DNA of 61,067 nt, taken from IMG/VR virus record IMGVR_UViG_3300042907_000531, positions 1-61,067 of that record; one strand, given 5' to 3'. This DNA comes from a virus. Its lineage: Duplodnaviria; Caudoviricetes. The notes beneath the pieces are model-generated. The model saw nothing but the letters and a program-made list of their open reading frames with translations. It searched no databases and was not told where the DNA came from. Of the stretch, positions 57,897-61,067 are shown piece by piece. The position numbers and the translations under genes were made by a program. Positions within the stretch are counted from its first letter, which is position 1; the number at the start of each line of letters is the position of its first letter.

Positions 57897-59434
57897 ATTC
57901 CTTAGCTGAACGATTCCAACGAATGCATGGAAATCGTCAGACTAAACTAAATAGAGCAAGATACTGTTCTGCGGTAACAGTTCCAACACTCCTTCCACCC
58001 GATGGATGGAGTGAAGGATTAGCTCTCCCACAGCCATTCTCTTCTGTAGGTAGTCGTGGTGTTACCGGTCTTGCTAGTCGTATCTTAAGTGCGCTTATGC
58101 CCCTTAATGATACACCCTTCTTTAAGTTTCAATTAAAGGATGGAAGTCAAGCACCACAACAACTTCAACAATTTTTAGATACGCTATCATTTCAAGTTTA
58201 TAATAAACTATCCTCTACTAATCTTAGAGAAACTGTTTATCAAATGCTTCAACACCTCATCGTTACTGGTGATGTTTTGATTGAAATGGATTCAAATTAT
58301 TTCTTTACTATTTATCGCTTAGATCAGTATACCGTTCAGCGTGATATTATGGGTGAAGTTATTGAGGTAATTCATCTTGAATATCAAATTGAAGATCCAG
58401 AGTTTATTGATTATTCTTCATACTCAAGTATTGAACATAGAATGGGTTATAAAACCTACTACTGTCAGTATCAGAAAAACGAAGACGGTTCTTGGGCTTA
58501 TTCTAAAGAAGATACCAACGGTGTTGTATCAGAATCTGGCGTGTATACCGTAGTACCTATGGCTGTATTACGTTGGTATGCAATTGCTGGTGAGAATTAT
58601 GGACGTTCTCACTGTGAGGATATACTCGGCGATTTAAATACGTTAGAAGCTTATACAAAAGCACAGATAGAAGGCATGGCAGCAGCTAGTGCTTTCTGGA
58701 TTGCTGTAGATCCTCAGGGAATTACAGAGGTTGATGATATTGCTGGTGTACGTAATGGTTCTTTTGTTGCTGCTAAAGCATCAGATATTTCTGTTATTTC
58801 TCCAGCTAGTACTATTCAACCACAAGTAGCTGCAGCTGCACAGGCTGTTGATAATATGCGTAGAGAAGTTGGTCAAGCATTTTTAATGACTGGTCAAGCA
58901 ATTCCATCTGGAGATCGTGTAACAGCAACAGCTGTACGAATGATTGGACAGGAACTTGAAACAGTCTTAGGTGGTGCCTTTTCTTCTATTGCTAGAACAT
59001 TAATGGAACCAATCGTAAAACGTTGTATTGTTCAGATGTTAGAAGATAAGCTTATTGATGAGCGATTAACAGAACAATTCTTTGATGAAGATGGCACACT
59101 AACTGTTAATATTATTACTGGACTACAGGCTCTAAGTAGAGATTCAGATCTACAAAAACTAATGCAGATGGGTGAGATGGTACGAAACCTTCCACAAGAT
59201 GCTTTAGCTACGTTTAGATGGAATGCATATGCCGGTGCTCTTATTACTGCTCTTGGTTTTGATTCAAGAAATTGGATTAAATCTCAGGATGAGATTGAGC
59301 AAGAGCAAAATGCGGCGCAGGCTAATCAAGTTCAAGCAAATACAGCAAACGCTGTTGGAACCGGTATTGCTGCATCAGCACAAGATCTGGCTTCAGCTGC
59401 TGTTCCAGCTTTTATGGAGCAACAATTACAATGA
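57893..59434 (+). CDS. Portal / head-tail connector (gp8-like)
   Basis: SVGSRGVTGLASRI, PFFK, HLIVTGD, RW-GENYGRS and RVTATAVR-ELE-LGG. Confidence 0.95.
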   Translation: MNSLAERFQRMHGNRQTKLNRARYCSAVTVPTLLPPDGWSEGLALPQPFSSVGSRGVTGLASRILSALMPLNDTPFFKFQLKDGSQAPQQLQQFLDTLSFQVYNKLSSTNLRETVYQMLQHLIVTGDVLIEMDSNYFFTIYRLDQYTVQRDIMGEVIEVIHLEYQIEDPEFIDYSSYSSIEHRMGYKTYYCQYQKNEDGSWAYSKEDTNGVVSESGVYTVVPMAVLRWYAIAGENYGRSHCEDILGDLNTLEAYTKAQIEGMAAASAFWIAVDPQGITEVDDIAGVRNGSFVAAKASDISVISPASTIQPQVAAAAQAVDNMRREVGQAFLMTGQAIPSGDRVTATAVRMIGQELETVLGGAFSSIARTLMEPIVKRCIVQMLEDKLIDERLTEQFFDEDGTLTVNIITGLQALSRDSDLQKLMQMGEMVRNLPQDALATFRWNAYAGALITALGFDSRNWIKSQDEIEQEQNAAQANQVQANTANAVGTGIAASAQDLASAAVPAFMEQQLQ

Positions 59435-60078
59435 ATTCAATGAGAATTATTGGTGGATCTAATCCAGCAATAACATCAGTTAATCGTATTACCTATGTCG
59501 TAGATACTGATGAGGTTGTTGCATATGTTAATAAATCTACCTTATTGGGTCGTTATCCTGATTTATACTACGCTTACGAAGCGGTTCGTGGAGCTATGAT
59601 GAGATGTGGGTGTAGAGATCCTTATATGATTTCTAAGATACCCGTAAACTTGGTATCTAAGTCCAATCTATTAGCTACTGTAACTACACAGTTTCCAACG
59701 CCTATAGAAAATAGTGTTGATTTACCAACTACATACGGTACTTGGCTTTTACGGGTATCAAACCCAGCTATTACTACCGTATATACACCAATTGTTATAT
59801 TACCGCCAAGTATATATTTAATGTATAAGAGTTTTCTAGGTCCAATAACCGCACCAACATCTGTTGGGGCAGCTGTAGCGGCTGGATTTATTCCAGTTAA
59901 TTCTGGTGATCCAATTATATTTCCCGCTTCCGCAACCGACTTTAGAGTACGGTTTGCACTATATATTAACTATGGGTTAACAGCAGCTCCTCCTAGTTCT
60001 GTTTTTACGTTACAAAATGTAGCGTCTGAAACGCAGAACATTAATACTACAACACTAAATTATAATTTAATTGGATAA
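59431..60078 (+). CDS. Hypothetical protein between portal and scaffold
   Basis: ATGA-coupled 215-aa ORF. Confidence 0.65.
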   Translation: MNSMRIIGGSNPAITSVNRITYVVDTDEVVAYVNKSTLLGRYPDLYYAYEAVRGAMMRCGCRDPYMISKIPVNLVSKSNLLATVTTQFPTPIENSVDLPTTYGTWLLRVSNPAITTVYTPIVILPPSIYLMYKSFLGPITAPTSVGAAVAAGFIPVNSGDPIIFPASATDFRVRFALYINYGLTAAPPSSVFTLQNVASETQNINTTTLNYNLIG

Positions 60079-60085
60079 ACACTAT

Positions 60086-60961
60086 ATGGAAAATTTAGAA
60101 CCAATGACTCCACCCGTGGTGGAACAATCAACGGCTTCAATCACTGTCGACCGTGAGAGTCAAGCATTTGAAACTCATGTTATTCAAAACCAAATTGCCG
60201 TACCGGATAATTTTAAATCCGTTGGTGATTGGTTTAATGCTCTTAAATCAGCACAAAAAGAATATACAAAGGCTCGACAGGAAATTTCAGACCTAAAAAA
60301 GCAGGTTCCAGTATCTACTCCCGTAGCTCAAGAGCAACCAAAGGAATCCCCAGTTCCTTTAATTCCTGAGGAACTACGTATCCCGGATAGACCACCGGAG
60401 CAACCCGCTATACAGGCGCAGACAGATAGTCTCACTAAAGATGAATGGAATAAGTATTCAACTGAATTTGCTGTCAACGGTACTCTCTCTCAAGAGTCAC
60501 GCGAAGCACTAAAGACGAAGACAAAGTTACCAGACTATGTTATTGATGATTATTTAGCGGGACAGAAGGCCCGTCTGCAACAGGCATATGGCAGTGCAGC
60601 TGAGATCGTCGGTGGAAAGGATCAACTAGCTAGAGTATTTGACTGGTCTAGTAAGAATCTTTCCGCAGAAGATCAGAAGTCTGTAAATGCTGCGTTGTCT
60701 GCACCTTCTTGGGAAGTAGCTTTGCTGGGTCTTAATGCCAAATATCAGGCATCCTTGTCAAAGAAACCAACCGCACAGGAACCAGTTAAGACTTCATCCA
60801 CCCAAAAGGTGGGGGCTACGACTGCAACTCCAACCCTCAGCTCTTATTCTTCTAAGGCTGAGTTTTATAAGGACAGACGCGATCCTAGATTTGCTTCTGA
60901 TCCACGATTCCGACAAGCGGTAGAAAACCGCATGTCAAAAACAAACTTTAATTCATTATAA
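60086..60961 (+). CDS. Capsid scaffolding protein (gp9-like)
   Basis: EFAVNGTLSQES, IDDYLAGQ, VGGKDQL-W-NLS and DPRF-DPRFRQAVENR; precedes capsid. Confidence 0.88.
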   Translation: MENLEPMTPPVVEQSTASITVDRESQAFETHVIQNQIAVPDNFKSVGDWFNALKSAQKEYTKARQEISDLKKQVPVSTPVAQEQPKESPVPLIPEELRIPDRPPEQPAIQAQTDSLTKDEWNKYSTEFAVNGTLSQESREALKTKTKLPDYVIDDYLAGQKARLQQAYGSAAEIVGGKDQLARVFDWSSKNLSAEDQKSVNAALSAPSWEVALLGLNAKYQASLSKKPTAQEPVKTSSTQKVGATTATPTLSSYSSKAEFYKDRRDPRFASDPRFRQAVENRMSKTNFNSL

Positions 60962-61067
60962 TAAGGATATAAAACATGCCAATTAACGGTGGCGCAGACA
61001 TTACTGCAGACAATTTACCATACAGAACAGACACAGCAGCGGGTATCGCAGGCCCAATCGCTGGTGC
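60890..61067. repeat. Terminal overlap (copy 2)
   Basis: Duplicates 1-178 with two mismatches. Confidence 0.95.

Noticed and set aside
87-60961. Stop-codon reassignment or self-splicing introns/inteins in core genes
   Set aside because: Core genes are intact and of expected or compact size under the standard code; no suppressor anticodon (UAA reads Leu UUA)

Overview
The window is an apparently complete, circularly permuted genome of a T7-like podovirus (Autographiviridae-like). Positions 1-178 recur at 60890-61067, so the unique length is about 60,889 bp. All credible genes are on the + strand. Biological order probably starts in the non-coding, hairpin-rich region at about 34.8-35.65 kb. 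It then runs through small early genes (including an i-type lysozyme and a very acidic protein), a single-subunit RNA polymerase, and DNA metabolism genes (SSB, RusA, four tRNAs, ThyX, deaminase, primase-helicase, PolA, dNMP kinase, exonuclease, dUTPase, class II RNR). These are followed by portal, scaffold, capsid, tail tubular A/B, several fibre/adhesin genes, terminase, and finally the internal virion proteins, which end in a 3171-aa giant. The most notable observations are: (i) the giant protein has two HExxH zincin modules flanking a sigma70-like segment; (ii) a bipartite 31-bp motif occurs three times, including directly upstream of the RNAP gene; (iii) a moron-like cassette with consensus sigma70 hexamers ends in a PEP-CTERM-type (PTPG) exosortase substrate, which suggests a planctomycete (Phycisphaerae-like) host; (iv) four tRNAs read AUA, UUA, AAA and AGA; (v) a structured RNA-like element lies between the terminase genes; and (vi) there is a candidate unimolecular spanin. 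All calls come from reading motifs by eye; no searches were run.
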